Shown here: positions 36,004 through 47,933 of the stretch, in pieces
Position numbering within the stretch: the first letter of the stretch is position 1
How the letters are laid out: each line of letters opens with the position of its first letter
Assembly (NCBI GenBank): GCA_950097015.1
Contig: CATNEN010000030.1
Span: 4,216,001 to 4,280,000 of the forward strand
Direction of reading: 5' to 3'
Length of the DNA stretch: 64,000 nt
From: Macrostomum hystrix
Taxonomy: Eukaryota; Animalia; Platyhelminthes
Position numbers and translations under genes: made by a program
The notes under the pieces: model-generated
The model's input: the letters and a program-made list of their open reading frames with translations, nothing else
The model's database searches: none
What the model was told of the DNA's origin: nothing

Positions 36004-36725
36004 CTGTCTGAGGTGCTGGTGCAGGGAGATCTCAGGTGCTGGTGCAGTCAGGTCTGAGGTGCTGGTGCAGGGAGATCTCAGGTGCTGGTGCAGTCAGGTC
36101 TGAGGTGCTGGTGCAGGGAGATCTCAGGTGCTGGTGCAGTCAGGTCTGAGGTGCTGGTGCAGGGAGATCTCAGGTGCTGGTGCAGGGAGATCTCAGGTGC
36201 TGGTGCAGTCAGGTCTGAGGTGCTGGTGCAGGGAGATCTCAGGTGCTGGTGCAGTCAGGTCTGAGGTGCTGGTGCAGGGAGATCTCAGGTGCTGGTGCAG
36301 TCAGGTCTGAGGTGCTGGTGCAGGGAGATCTCAGGTGCTGAGTGCAGGGAGGTCTCAGGTGCTGAGTGCAGGGAGGTCTCAGGTGCTGAGTGCAGGGAGG
36401 TCTCACGTGCTGATGCAATGAGGTCTCAGGTGCTGAGTGCAGCGAGGTCTCAGGTGCTGATGCAATGAGGTCTCACGTGCTGATGCAAGGAGGTCTCAGG
36501 TGCTGATGCAATGAGGTCTCAGGTGCTGAGTGCAGCGAGGTCTCAGGTGCTGATGCAATGAGGTCTCACGTGCTGATGCAAGGAGGTCTCAGGTGCTGGT
36601 GCAATGAGGTCTCAGGTGCTGATGCAATGAGGTCTCACGTGCTGATGCAAGGAGGTCTCAGGTGCTGGTGCAGGGAGGTCTCACGTGCTGATGCAATGAG
36701 GTCTCAGCTGCAGGGAGGTCTCAGT
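36004..36725. repeat. Minisatellite, 23/46 bp unit GAGGTGCTGGTGCAGGGAGATCTCAGGTGCTGGTGCAGTCAGGTCT and variants
   Basis: Direct tandem repetition between the convergent ROPN1L and TFIP11 3' ends. Confidence 0.94.
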
Positions 36726-37180
36726 TGCTGGTGTAGTGTAACATTGGTTGCTGATGCGATGGGATTCAATTGGTTTTAGGGAGTCCATGCAGTGGATATT
36801 TTTAAAGTGCAAAAGGCTCCCAAAGCTACAAGTGTAGTAGAACCGGAGGGAAACAAAAAAATGAAGACATCTTGTTGAACTAAATAGACACATCTTTTTG
36901 ACTTGCGAGTATCAAGGAAGCAAGTACCTCGTAGCTACCTCGCACATATGCATATGATGAAGCATACACAACGAATGACATTGTATTTAACAAGCATATC
37001 AAAATAGCGGATTCAATTAAATTTAATTCAAATTAAAGTCAACAAGAAAGAAGGCGGATGCGAGTCGACTATCGCACAGGATTACAAATTAGATAATAAA
37101 TTTACACACAACAGTTTTCAAATGCCATTGCCAGTTGTACGTACTTGGGGTCTGATAAATAATAGTGGAATCCAGTCTAT

Positions 37181-40100
37181 TCAAGGCCGCAATGCCCTAT
37201 TTATGACATCGTCAAGCGAGACGGGATCCCAGCGACCGTCATTCAGCAAGTAGATGACGCCGCGTTCCACGCACACGGGGACGTGACCGAAGTTGAAGAC
37301 CTGCTTGCCCTGATGCCGGCGGCCAGTCGGGGCGAACACCAGGCCGCGGTCCTGGGCCCTGCGCTCCAGAAGGTCCCGAAGGCCGGTCAGGCCGTGGTTA
37401 TAGTTCAGCACGGTGGCCGGCTGGGCAGAAGCGGCTAATCCGCTGCTAGCGGAGGCGGCAGCCGCAGCGGCCGCAGCTCCGGCGGCGACCACAGCGGCCG
37501 GGTCCTGCCCGGAGAAGGCCGAGTCCATTAGGCGGAGGGCCTGGATGGAAAGCGGAATGAACAGTTAGGCATGGCCAAGTCGAAATTCCATTGGCCTACA
37601 TGGCTAATTATCTAAACTCTATAGTGTTGCAGTCACTTGAGTAAGTGATTGAGTAGTTGAGTAGACCCTAGTTAATTCTTGGATAACTAAACAGACTACA
37701 GAAGTGATATTTTGACAATCATTAGTCCATCTAAAAAACCCTGCGATAATCCGTCTAACCACTAAAGTATCCCACGATAATATATTAAGTAATCCTACTA
37801 TAATCCCGTAAGTGATTCTACGATATCCACCAAGTAATCTTACGATAATACATCAAGTATTTCGATGATATTTAATTAACTAATCGTACGATTATCCATA
37901 GAGTAATCCTACCATAATCCATTTATTAATCCAACGATAATCCATCAGCCAACAGAAGCACTACTGTTGCTAACCCATCCATCAGTACCTGTCCAAGCTG
38001 GTGCTGCACTCCGGGCAGGTCCAGACAGGCCGGTGGCAGCTGGTCCCGCCAGCCGGCGTACCAGGCGGTGACCTGGACCATATCAGACCCGGGCGAGGCC
38101 AGCCAGGCAGCCAAAGCCCGATGGAATCCCGGGAAGAAGCCGCGCTCTAGCATGGAGGCAACCTGCTGGGGGCTGAGCAGGTCCCACCAGGCCTTGCACC
38201 AGGCCCACTGGTCCAGCGGCTGGCCAGACGGATCAATAGGCATGCCGGACAGGCAGTCCGTGAGCTTGGGCAGCACATGGCGCTGGAGGAAGGCGGTGAG
38301 CAGCTGGGGGCGGACGGCGCCTCGCCAGGGAGCCAGAACCTCGCGGGCGCTCAGATCGCTCGGATGCCACTGGCCGAAGCATTGGCCAAGCTTTTGTAGC
38401 ACCTGTTGGAGAAGCAGTTCTGAGTTTTCGTGATGCGAATAGGGAAATTACCTAATTAAATTTCTCTGAATCGATATTATTAACCAAGTTAGAAATATAA
38501 ACGTAGAAGAAAGAAAAAACTAAATTCACAAAAAACGGTTATGAAAATTATAATCGACTGATTAAAAAATATAATATTTAAAAAGACAACCCAGTTGGGG
38601 CAGGTGTACAGCCAATTGTCCATGGACACATACCCGAATTTCTACCACATCTAATGCTGGTACCCAGGAGGGTGAGTGGTACAGCGGTTAAAGCGTTTGC
38701 CTCTCGCAATAAGGTTCCTGAGCTGCTCGATTCCGCAGCGAGACCACATTCATTTGGGGCGCAGCCGCAGAGAGAAGTCTTGGGGGCTTGTCGTGCAATT
38801 TATGCCCTTGATGGCCAACCTCCAAGGCACAGTGAGATGTACACTGCCTGACGATGAGAAAGCCGTGGCAGATTTACACACCTGTATCTGTGTGCGTGTG
38901 TGCTCAGGAGTCAGCGAAATAGGCAGAATTGCCTCCTCGCTGGCTGCGGGTCTAGCGTCACCAAATGATGTGCCATTGCCCGCAGCCCTCCTGCACTGAT
39001 GTCCACTTTACAGCTTGATGAACTGAAGCGAAGCGAGTGGAATAAATTGCGATAGCAATCATGCTTAAGGACAGGGTTGAGAATCGAACTCCGGACCACC
39101 TGATTAGGAGTCTGTGAGCGCTAGCTACTAGGCTACAACTACTGTGGATAGTACAATTTTCAAAGAATGCGAATTTGAAACCTGGCGCACCTGTTCGTGC
39201 ATGGAATCCAAAGGCAGCTCAACAGACCAGGGCTGCAGCCACTCGTGCACAGGCTGGGGATCCCTAGTCGGATCCCAGAGTTGCAGCTCGCGCTGAAGCG
39301 CAGGAGCCACAATGGTGCTAAGCAGATCCTCAACGCCGGGCAGGTAACCGCGCAGAGCCTGAACCAGGGCCAGCGCCTCAGCCGGCTGCCTTGGACTCCA
39401 CTGAGCCAGGGCTCGGCGAACCTGCGGCAACAGCGACTCGGTCAGGATGGCGTCGGCCGCTTCGCCGCCCTGGGCCGAGCCAAAAGCGTCGCGCAGCAGC
39501 CTGGCACAGGCGGCGCCGCGGCCGGGCTCCAGCAGCGGCTGCCAGCCGTCCAGGCCGCGCTTAACAGCCGGCGTTACCATGGCAGCGGCCAACGGTCGAT
39601 ACTGGGCCGGAGCCGATGATAGAAACTGCCTGGCCAGGGTGCAGACGTCAGACAGGCTGGCATCATTAGCAACGGCGGTCTCGTAGGTGTCTAACAAGCG
39701 AATGAGGCCGTCTAGTTCGGCTAGCTGAGTGGCCCGCCGGCCGCGTTGAAGTCGCTGAGTTTCGGCTCTGAGGCTGGCCATCTTGTCCCGATCGTCGCGC
39801 ATCTGCCTGTCGGTGCGCACAATTTCAGACTCGGCCGCGTCGGCTAGGCGGGCCAGATTGTGCATCAGGGCCGGACAGTCGAACCTGCGCTGCTGCTGCT
39901 GATCGTTTGGCGCGGCTGAGGACGACGGCTCGTCAAAACCGGTTGAACGGGTCGCCAGGGCCGAATAGCCTTCGTAGACTCGCTGCTGCGGCCCTGTCAT
40001 GTCTATCACCTGGATGCGGTAGAATAGATCAAGGTATTTTAAATCTAGCAGTTTGTTGACATAAAATTGTTACAATTTTGTCTGAAAAATGCTTTTCCTT

Positions 40101-41555
40101 AACAATAGGAAGACCGCGCTATTCTCCTACTGCCACTGCCTACTTTACGATGGCAACCAAACCTAATGACCGATTTTCGAGAAAGTTCACCATCGTTACT
40201 TGATGAAATTTTGTGAGCAGAAAAATTATGCCTATATTGGTGGCTTTTGCCACCAGACACACTGACGAGAATCGTTGAATATCTCGACGATGCCAATGTT
40301 TTGTGATTCTGAAAGTTGTTTCAACGGATAGAGCGGAATATTTTAGCACGTGTTCTGGATTTTCATGGACATTTCTGTGAATATTTCGGGTGCATTTTAA
40401 ATACCCCCTTTGTCTTTCTACTGTTAATAAGAGTTCTAAGATCCGATTTCTAAAGACTTGTAGCCTAGTAGAGCGTCGGACTTGCGACTTGAAGGTCGGG
40501 GGTTCGATTCGCGACTTCACTGGAACAATTTGTGTCCTTTAGCAAGACACTTAACCATGGCTTCAGTTCACCCAGCTGCAAAAATGAGAATCTGTGTGGC
40601 GTCATCCAGACTGAACAGCTGTACGCAACCTTCAGATGCGCCGTTTTCAATCAATCCATTTAAACTTCTGCCCACACGGGTAAAGAACATTTCCGTGACC
40701 AACCTTAACCCTGGCAGCACCAGCCGAGGCGCCATTGTCATCGAATAACGGGACGCCACCCGGCGCTCGCTTGGCTCCGTCTCTGATGATCTCGTCTCGA
40801 CTTTTGATTGCGTATCTGGGCTCCGGCTGCTGTTGCTGCTGGCTGCGCTTGTACCGAGCCGATGCAGCCAGTGTCGCAGCTGCCTCAGTAACCGTCTCCT
40901 CGTTGCCGCGCCTCGGGGCCGGCGCCGCCTCTTCCGGATAGAAGCCGACCGCCTCCTTGCCCTTCCGCTTGGTGGCCTGCACCGGTGTGACAATGCCGGC
41001 CAGATCCTTGCCCAGGCCCTTGCCCTGCTTGTAGCCCATCTGTTCCAGCAGCTTCATGCCGATGCCGCGGGTGTGCCTCTCCCACTGGCCGAAGCCCTGC
41101 TCAGCCTGGGCCTGGTGCTGCTGCCGATGCCGGTCCCCAGAGGAGGCCGGCTTCTGCTGCCTGCGCTCGGCCTGCCGCTTCTCAATCAGCCGGACGCTCA
41201 GCAGCTCCTCGTCGCTCTCGTCGGTGATGTCGCCGCCAATGCCGTCGACGTCGCCATTGTTTTCCCCCTCGGCGTCATCGTCGCCGGCTGATTTAGTCGA
41301 CAACTGGCCGCCCTTGACGCCACCGCTAATGAAATTTATTGGACCAGCGTTGGCAGCCCCACCGCGGCGGCGGCGCCGATTGCCGAAGCCTCGCCGGCTG
41401 CTGCCGTCGCTGGAATCTTCCGAGTCGCTGGCGAACACGCCGGCCCAGGCCTGCTTCTTGGTCTGGCGCTTGCGCTGAGCCAGCGGATCCATCGAGTACT
41501 TCCAGTCTGCTCCAGTCATGTCGAAGCGCTCCATCTCCTCCTCTTCATCGTCCAT
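37181..41555 (-). CDS. TFIP11: Tuftelin-interacting protein 11 (Ntr1/Spp382 ortholog); exons 41555-40704, 40009-39191, 38402-37989, 37540-37181 (~814 aa)
   Basis: TIP_N region ([11 protein letters not shown]), G-patch [37 protein letters not shown]|[11 protein letters not shown] junction, GCFC repeats (WHPSD, W..WYAGW) and C-terminal GKQVFNFG...W.PVSL. All introns are phase-0 GT-AG; the exon 2 donor could alternatively be 39182. Confidence 0.93.
38668..38995 (+). mobile_element. tRNA-derived SINE family 2, in TFIP11 intron 2
   Basis: tRNA-like head (GTGGTACAGCGGTTAAAGCG...TCGATTCC), body shared with 19255 and 51352, 3' hairpin GGCTGCGGG/CCCGCAGCC. Confidence 0.8.
40103..40423. mobile_element. 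TTAA-flanked non-autonomous DNA element, in TFIP11 intron 1
   Basis: TTAA at 40099-40102 and 40424-40427; 12-bp imperfect TIR (10/12) CAATAGGAAGAC / GTCTTTCTACTG; interior shared with 53580-53800. Confidence 0.65.
40459..40653 (+). mobile_element. tRNA-derived CORE-like SINE family 1
   Basis: B-box GGTTCGATTC followed by TGTGTCCTTTAGCAAGACACTTAAC...CTTCAGTTCACCCAGCTG, a CORE-type motif. Confidence 0.8.
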
Positions 41556-42135
41556 GGTTTTAGCTGGTTCCTTTGCTGCTCAGTGCTGCAACGGGTAAGG
41601 GAGCGCGTGGTGCCTTCAGTTGAGAACTCGCAGTCTTAGCAGCTTAGATGCATTCGCTACTGCCTGGAGACACAGTGATGATAATACATTCAGTTGTTCT
41701 ATTATCCCTACATAACTCCGACGATCCTAACATGATCCCGACATTCCCAACACAATTCCTATTATCTCAACATTATTTCGATAAGCCAAACAATTTTCCG
41801 ATTGTTTATCCTGACCATCCCTGCAAAATTTCTTGAGACTTCTTACCTGATTAATCCCTTTATTACCCATCAGATAGATAACTGACTTAGAAGTTAGCGC
41901 TTTCAAATAAAAAAGCAATTACATTCTGTATTTAATAGCTACAATTATTTTTCCATGAAACAAAATGCTAGCAAATATTTTAAGAACATATGATAGCAAA
42001 GAAAACTTACATCGTTGAGTTTTAAAACAAATAAGTCGAAAGATTACGCTACCAATTTTAAGAACACTATTGAGTTTAGCATTGAACATCTGCAAATAGC
42101 ATGAAATATTTCATGAAGAAAATGCAATATTGTTA

Positions 42136-43259
42136 CTACTGACTGTCATCAGTAGTAGTGGCAGCGGCAGTGCCAGAAGATTGGGCATGTTCATCGACAT
42201 TCTCAGGCTGTTCAGCAGTTTCTAGATGCGATCGCTTTTGACCACCGCCGCGCGAGGTGAACATTTTCAGTAGATCTTCGGCCGTCACTTTGCGCAGCCA
42301 ATCGCCAGACGGCAGGCCGCTAGCTGTCGGCAGCCAATCACCGCTTTTTACTGCTGCTGTTGCTGCGGGTGCCGCTGCGGCGGGAGCAGACGGCGACTGC
42401 TCGCCCTGCATCCACACGGCTGTCAGACCGTCCAACAAGCCGCTAGACGCCCGCTGAACCAGCCTAGCCGCGTCCGCATGACGCCGAAATTCCACAATAG
42501 CGACACCACTACGACTATGCTTGGCTTGAATCTGCCGACTCTTAGTTGGCCGATATAATAAAGTAACAACTTCGCCATAGCTTGAGCACAATGACCTTAG
42601 TGAGGCCTCAGTGTGAATGGGCGCATTAGAATCTGAACTGATTACTTCGTCACTGTCACGCCAGATAAGCTTGATAGTAGGCAGGACAGCGTCATTCCCC
42701 TTTGGCTTGCCGGCTGCCTGTCGAATCTCCTGCCTGAGCAGCTCCTGCTCTCTAGCCAGTACTTCGCTCAGCTCGCGCCTGAGCCTCTGCTTCTCCCGCT
42801 CTAATCGGGCCTCGTCCTCCCGGCTTGATCGGCTGGCTGCACTGGCGAACGCGGCTGCCTCAGCCCGTTCCAGCTCCTCTTTGAATCGGCGACGACCTTC
42901 GCCTAGAGCTTTGGCTCTCTCGGCAGCAGCCAGACGGCCGCGCCGGACTTTATCGTAGGCTGCTCGAGCCGCCGCGTCGGTCAGCAGCTGAAGGGCTTCG
43001 GAGAGGCGGCGAAATTTTTCAGCCGCCAACGGATCGTCAGGATTCTTGTCCGGGTGCACTTTTAGGGCCGCTGTTCGGTAGGCTTTGGTTATCTAGGAAT
43101 AAAAACGATGACGACATACATTATTATTGATTAACCTAGTCTGAAATGATAAAAGTTACACTGTGTTTTAATGCCTACCTCTTTATCAGTAGCATCATCT
43201 TGCACATTGAGCAGTTTATACAAGTCTTCATTGTGTAGATGACTTTTTGCCGTCTCCAT
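42136..43259 (-). CDS. DNAJC17: DnaJ homolog subfamily C member 17 (Cwc23 ortholog); exons 43259-43179 and 43092-42136 (~345 aa)
   Basis: METAKSHLHNEDLYKLLNVQDDATDKE|ITKAYRTAALKVHPDKNPDDPLAAEKFRRLSEALQLLTDAAARAAYDK J-domain with HPD, coiled coil, then a degenerate RRM (LRSLCSSYGEV...AIVEF); 86-bp phase-0 intron. Confidence 0.92.
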
Positions 43260-43904
43260 GGCTGTTGCTTTTGTTTATTAAAAAGTGAAGTACAGGCCCG
43301 CCTAATGAAATTGATTGCAAAGCAGAGTGTTTCTCTACGTCCTGTTGAAATACTGAAATGAGAAAGCAGAGTCTGTATAAAAATAAACATATACTAGTGT
43401 AATAGTGGAAAACGCCCCTGGTCGTATTGGTTGTATAGCAAAAGTAAAAAGTTTTTTCAAGGTTAACAATATGCTTGACAGGTCTGTTTCGCATTGGTAT
43501 CATCTAAATTAAGGTAATGTATCTGAGAAAAGCGTCTATTTTTTTGCTGTTAGAAAACACAAAGAAGCTAAGTACCTTGTTACTTTTTTTATAAAAGTAA
43601 GTTATTAACTCAAACTACTATATCTCTTTCAGTTTCTATAGTATGATAGTAAATATATTACAATATGATTATAAACTTCAGACAGAAGGGTCTATTTGTG
43701 CAATTATAACCATACAGGCCATAAATTCTTGAAATTTGTTAAACATCATGTGAATATTTTCTTTATTTGATAGATATGATTATATATACTGACATATGTG
43801 ACAAAAAATATGTATATAAAGATAGACTATTAGGCTTCTGTTTGCTTGCTATATTAATAAATACATTAAATGTTGTATAACTGCACACAGTATATACAAT
43901 GCAT

Positions 43905-44292
43905 TATAATAATAATAATGATACTAGACCCAAGGGCCAGTGCAGGTGTTGTGTGTCAAGCACACTAGCAGGTGGGGACTGCACAACTATTGTACTCTCG
44001 GCTCTCTCGGACACTGGTTGACAGCCGCGTGTCAGCAATGGAATTTATTTTTTCCAAACATATCGGCAGCATCCAAACCCCACAGAATAGCCGCACAGAA
44101 CTGCTTTATTCCACGCCAGCCGGAATTATTATTACCCGACGAAATGTTGGTACTCATTTGCAGCTGAGTAGACTGTGTGCACATCAGGGCAAAGCAGCTT
44201 GCCAAGGGCTGCACGAATAGTTCTAGACTAGGTCGGGAGTCGAACCCAGGACCATCTGATCCAGAGTCCGACACCTTACTGACTGAGATATA
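43905..44292 (-). mobile_element. tRNA-derived CORE-like SINE family 3
   Basis: Minus strand: B-box GGGTTCGACTCCC, CCCTTGGCAAGCTGCTT...CAGTCTACTCAGCTGCAAATGAGTAC core-like block, (ATT)n tail. Confidence 0.7.
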
Positions 44293-46428
44293 TAATGCAT
44301 AGATATTTATTAACTTACATTTATAAATACAAGGGATTCTATCCAAGTTGTTTGAGCATTGGACTCAAAACTTGAGACATTAGGCATTCAGTTCTTGACT
44401 CTATTGGGATTGTTTGTCACTTAAAAGAACAACTGAGTTGCTTTAATTTGGACCAATGGCAATAGTGCTAAAATGGAACCATGGATTTTAAGATACAGTG
44501 CAAGAAACTTGCACCATGTAAATGAGAAAGTGATGATGTAATTAGATGTCTGTTTAATTTTTAGTGAACATAAAGAGTATGATTGATGACTAATGTTATA
44601 ATTACTGATGACAAGAATACAAACAAGAATTCAAAATAAATTATTCAAACAAAAAATGGTTAATACCAATTGACACTCTGGGTTCCTATTCTGTACATTG
44701 TCCTGATTTTCAATCCAACAACAAGGTGGCAAGGGCATAACAACTTTGACAAAAAAACAAGATCAAACCAAAAAACTTCTTGGATCCAAGAATTATTATC
44801 AGTTTTGTTAAATGGACATGGTCAACAGCAAGTAGCAAGGGAATGTTTGTGCTTTATAAAATTATCTCATGCAACATTAGTCAAATTTTTTCCTTTGGAA
44901 TGTTTGCCAAATAAAACTCAAATTCAAACAATTTGTATCGGGTTGACTTTTATTAGCCCAATACTTATTTGTTCAGTTATTTATTTGATACTTGGTTTGA
45001 TTATTTGTGCCATTTGTGCAAACACAGAAATTACTTGACACTATGGATTAGTGCAGAAAAGTTAAAAAAGCACAGGAGTATTTGTATACATAGATTTATA
45101 GATTTATAAATAACTAACCTGCTCACTTTTTGTCGGAGGATTCTGCCATGATATTAGTTTTATATTAGTTATTGCTGATATTATTTGTAATAAATACTGA
45201 TTATTACTGATATTACAGCTATTAATTATATTTATTGTTGTCTGAACTCAAAGTGGAATCCTCAGCCTTGATAAGTGTTTACATTTCAAGGTGGAATTTG
45301 AGGCAACAAATTTGGAGGCACACAAGTTTTTAACATATATAACTATGTTTTATGCTTATTATAAACACCTAATATGTCTCTAATAGTACATATGATTCTT
45401 TTTTACATGTGCATTTCTTTGCATATATGACTTATATGACTTGAAACTACAACTCATAGGTTTCATAAGAAACCTTTCTGAGCAGAGTAGGCTTGCCATT
45501 AATCTATCTAGTAGACAGGGCTAAGCTTGTATTGTTGCCAACACAATTGAACTTAGTTACACTGGCAACAAGTCACTTTTAGCTTTTGGTTTAGCTATTT
45601 TTAGCTTATCGGTCATTATCAGAAAGTTTTCATTGACTGAATTCTGTCAAGTCCAGCTTACTATTGAAAACTTAGTCAAACATCTGCTTTAGAATTAGAA
45701 CCTTTGTTGAACATCTGCATTGGATTTTGAACCATTGTCAAACACCAGCTTTGGTAATGCAAACATCATTGGCTTTATTTTCAAATTGTTCCTAAAATTA
45801 TCAGAAAAGTTTTTTTAATTGATTTGAAAACATTGGGAAATCATTTTATAACAATAGGAACAATGAAACAAAAAAATGATATGATGAGTGTCTAATATTA
45901 TGTCCGAATTCTGCAGGATTGTATGTCTAAATTCAGCAGGGGTAATAATAAGGGAGTTCGGATCCACAATAAATAATGGTGCTGCCAGGCAGGCTCCTAG
46001 CATGGTGTTAATAGACTTGAAGTGTGTTAGTTAATGGTACAAAATTAGTAGAGTGTGTTAGTAGAATGTAGATAATATGCCAATACTTCCCCTCCCACAA
46101 ACCAGCTCATCCCTTTTGGCCATAGACACTTCCAAGGATGTCAACCATTTGCTTTGCTGGCATAAATTTACTTTCATTCACAAAATTATTTTCTTCTCTT
46201 AAAATGGCGCCAATGATGTGGAATGACAAATGGGAGTTGTCTAGGGCCCATAGTAGCCACATAGAGTTGTTTTGGGCACAAAAATTTGGCTGATTTTTAA
46301 TGAGCCCTCACTATAGTTTGGATTTTTGAGACTCTTCTGATTTGCAAATGGCTGGACGGCCCCCAAGACAATTGTGGATTGTGCCACGGAGTGAGGTTCT
46401 GCCGGCACAAGCACTAACAGAACTAAAT

Positions 46429-47622
46429 ATGAATTCAAGGGATCTGATGGCAGCATACATGCGCAACACCCGGCCAACCTGGCCGGGTGAAACAAGGGCC
46501 AAGCAAGGTAAGTCACAAAAAGCAATCAACCAAGTGCAAAAAAATCAACGGGGGGACCAACGGACAAAAAAGGAAGGTGTGAAGAAAAGGAAAAAGGGGA
46601 GAGAAAAAGAGAGCAAATGAGAGCAAACTAAGGCGTAAATAGAGCAATGAAACGAACTAAGTCGCAAATGAGAGCAAATTAAGTCGTAAACAGAGCAAAA
46701 ACTAAGTCGCACAGCCAGCTAAGATTTGGGAGGTTGCGCATGTATGGATGGCAGTGACGGCAAGTACTGACAAGTCCATGTGGTGGCTCGCTTGTGATGG
46801 ACTATTGGCCAACCAATGCACATGCCCATGTGCCGCGCATACACTGATGAATCTGTAGCACCACAATGGAGAGTGATTCATTGATGGCTATGTCTGGGAC
46901 TGTAAAACCTGTCGACACCAGGAGAGCATATGCAAGGGCTCCTTTTTTGAGGCCAGCCATCTGGACCTACAGCAGCTAATCACCCTGTTGCAATGCTGGG
47001 CCAAAAACGAGTCCATGTCAACTGTCAACCGCACCACTTTTGGCTCGCTCAACTTTGTTCGCAACATCTGTTGCCAGTACTTTGTGGATCACCCGATGCA
47101 GCTGGGTGGCCCTGGTCATGTGGTCAAGATCGACAAAAGTCAGTTCTTCCACCACAAGTATCACCAGGGAGCCTACCATGATGGTCACTGGGTGCTTGGA
47201 ATGGTGGAACAAGGCTTGCCCAAGTGTGTCATGGTGGTCGTACCGGACAGGTCCGCTGCTGTACTGCTGCCCATCATCTAGCAGTACGTCCTACCTGGCA
47301 CACTGATCCTGACAGATGGCTGGCAGGCATATAATCAAGTGGCAAATGCTGTTGGTGGTCATGGTGACCTTGGTGTTGTGAATCATAGGCTCCACTTTGT
47401 CATGCACACAAACATGCTACACACAAACACGATTGAAGGGACGTGGGGCAACTTACCGCAACTGCAAAGCAAAATTCTGGGCCATGCATGGCACTAGCAA
47501 TGCCCTCTTTGAATCACATAGATCCATGGATCCAAGAATATCTATGGCGGCACCTTCACCTAGTGCCTGCCAAGGCTTTTGGCAGCATTCTGTACTGGAT
47601 TCATCATTATTACCCAGTTTAG
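46429..47622 (+). pseudogene. Decayed Merlin (IS1016/ISXO2-like) DDE transposase, interrupted by a MITE
   Basis: After removing MITE 46454-46746 and one TSD: MNSRDL...WLACDGLLAN...DGYVWDCKTC..SICKGSFFEASHL...GGPGHVVKIDKSQF..KYH.G...WVLGMVE...LLPII*QYVLPGTLILTDGWQAY...VNH...HTNTIEGTW...YLWR...HYYPV*. Contains in-frame stops and frameshifts. Confidence 0.85.
46454..46746. mobile_element. MITE copy 1 (hAT- or P-like, 8-bp TSD)
   Basis: 14-bp TIR CATACATGCGCAAC; perfect TSD GATGGCAG at 46446-46453 and 46747-46754. Confidence 0.88.
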
Positions 47623-47653
47623 GAATCTGAGACAGTCAGGACTGCATTGTACT

Positions 47654-47933
47654 CATACATGCGCAACCTCCCAAATCTTAGCCGGCTATGCGACTTAGTT
47701 TTTGCTCTCATTTGTGACTTAGTTCGTTTCATTGCTCTATTTACGACTTTGTTTGCTCTCATTTGCTCTCTTTTTCTCTCCCCTTTTTCCTTTTCTTCAC
47801 GCCTTCCTTTTTTGTTGCTTGGTCCCCCCTGTGATTTTTTTGCACTTAGTTGATTGGTTTTTGCAACTTACCTTGCTTGGCCCTCGTTTCACCGGCCAGT
47901 TCGGCCAAGTCAGCCGGGTGTTGTGCATGTATG
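47654..47933. mobile_element. MITE copy 2, same family, inverted relative to copy 1
   Basis: Reverse complement of 46454-46746 apart from a short indel; same TIRs; no recognisable TSD. Confidence 0.85.

Noticed and set aside
37740-37945. Seven TAATCC sites in TFIP11 intron 3
   Set aside because: They arise from a degenerate ACGATAATCC repeat; kept only as a caution for the Otx-site cluster
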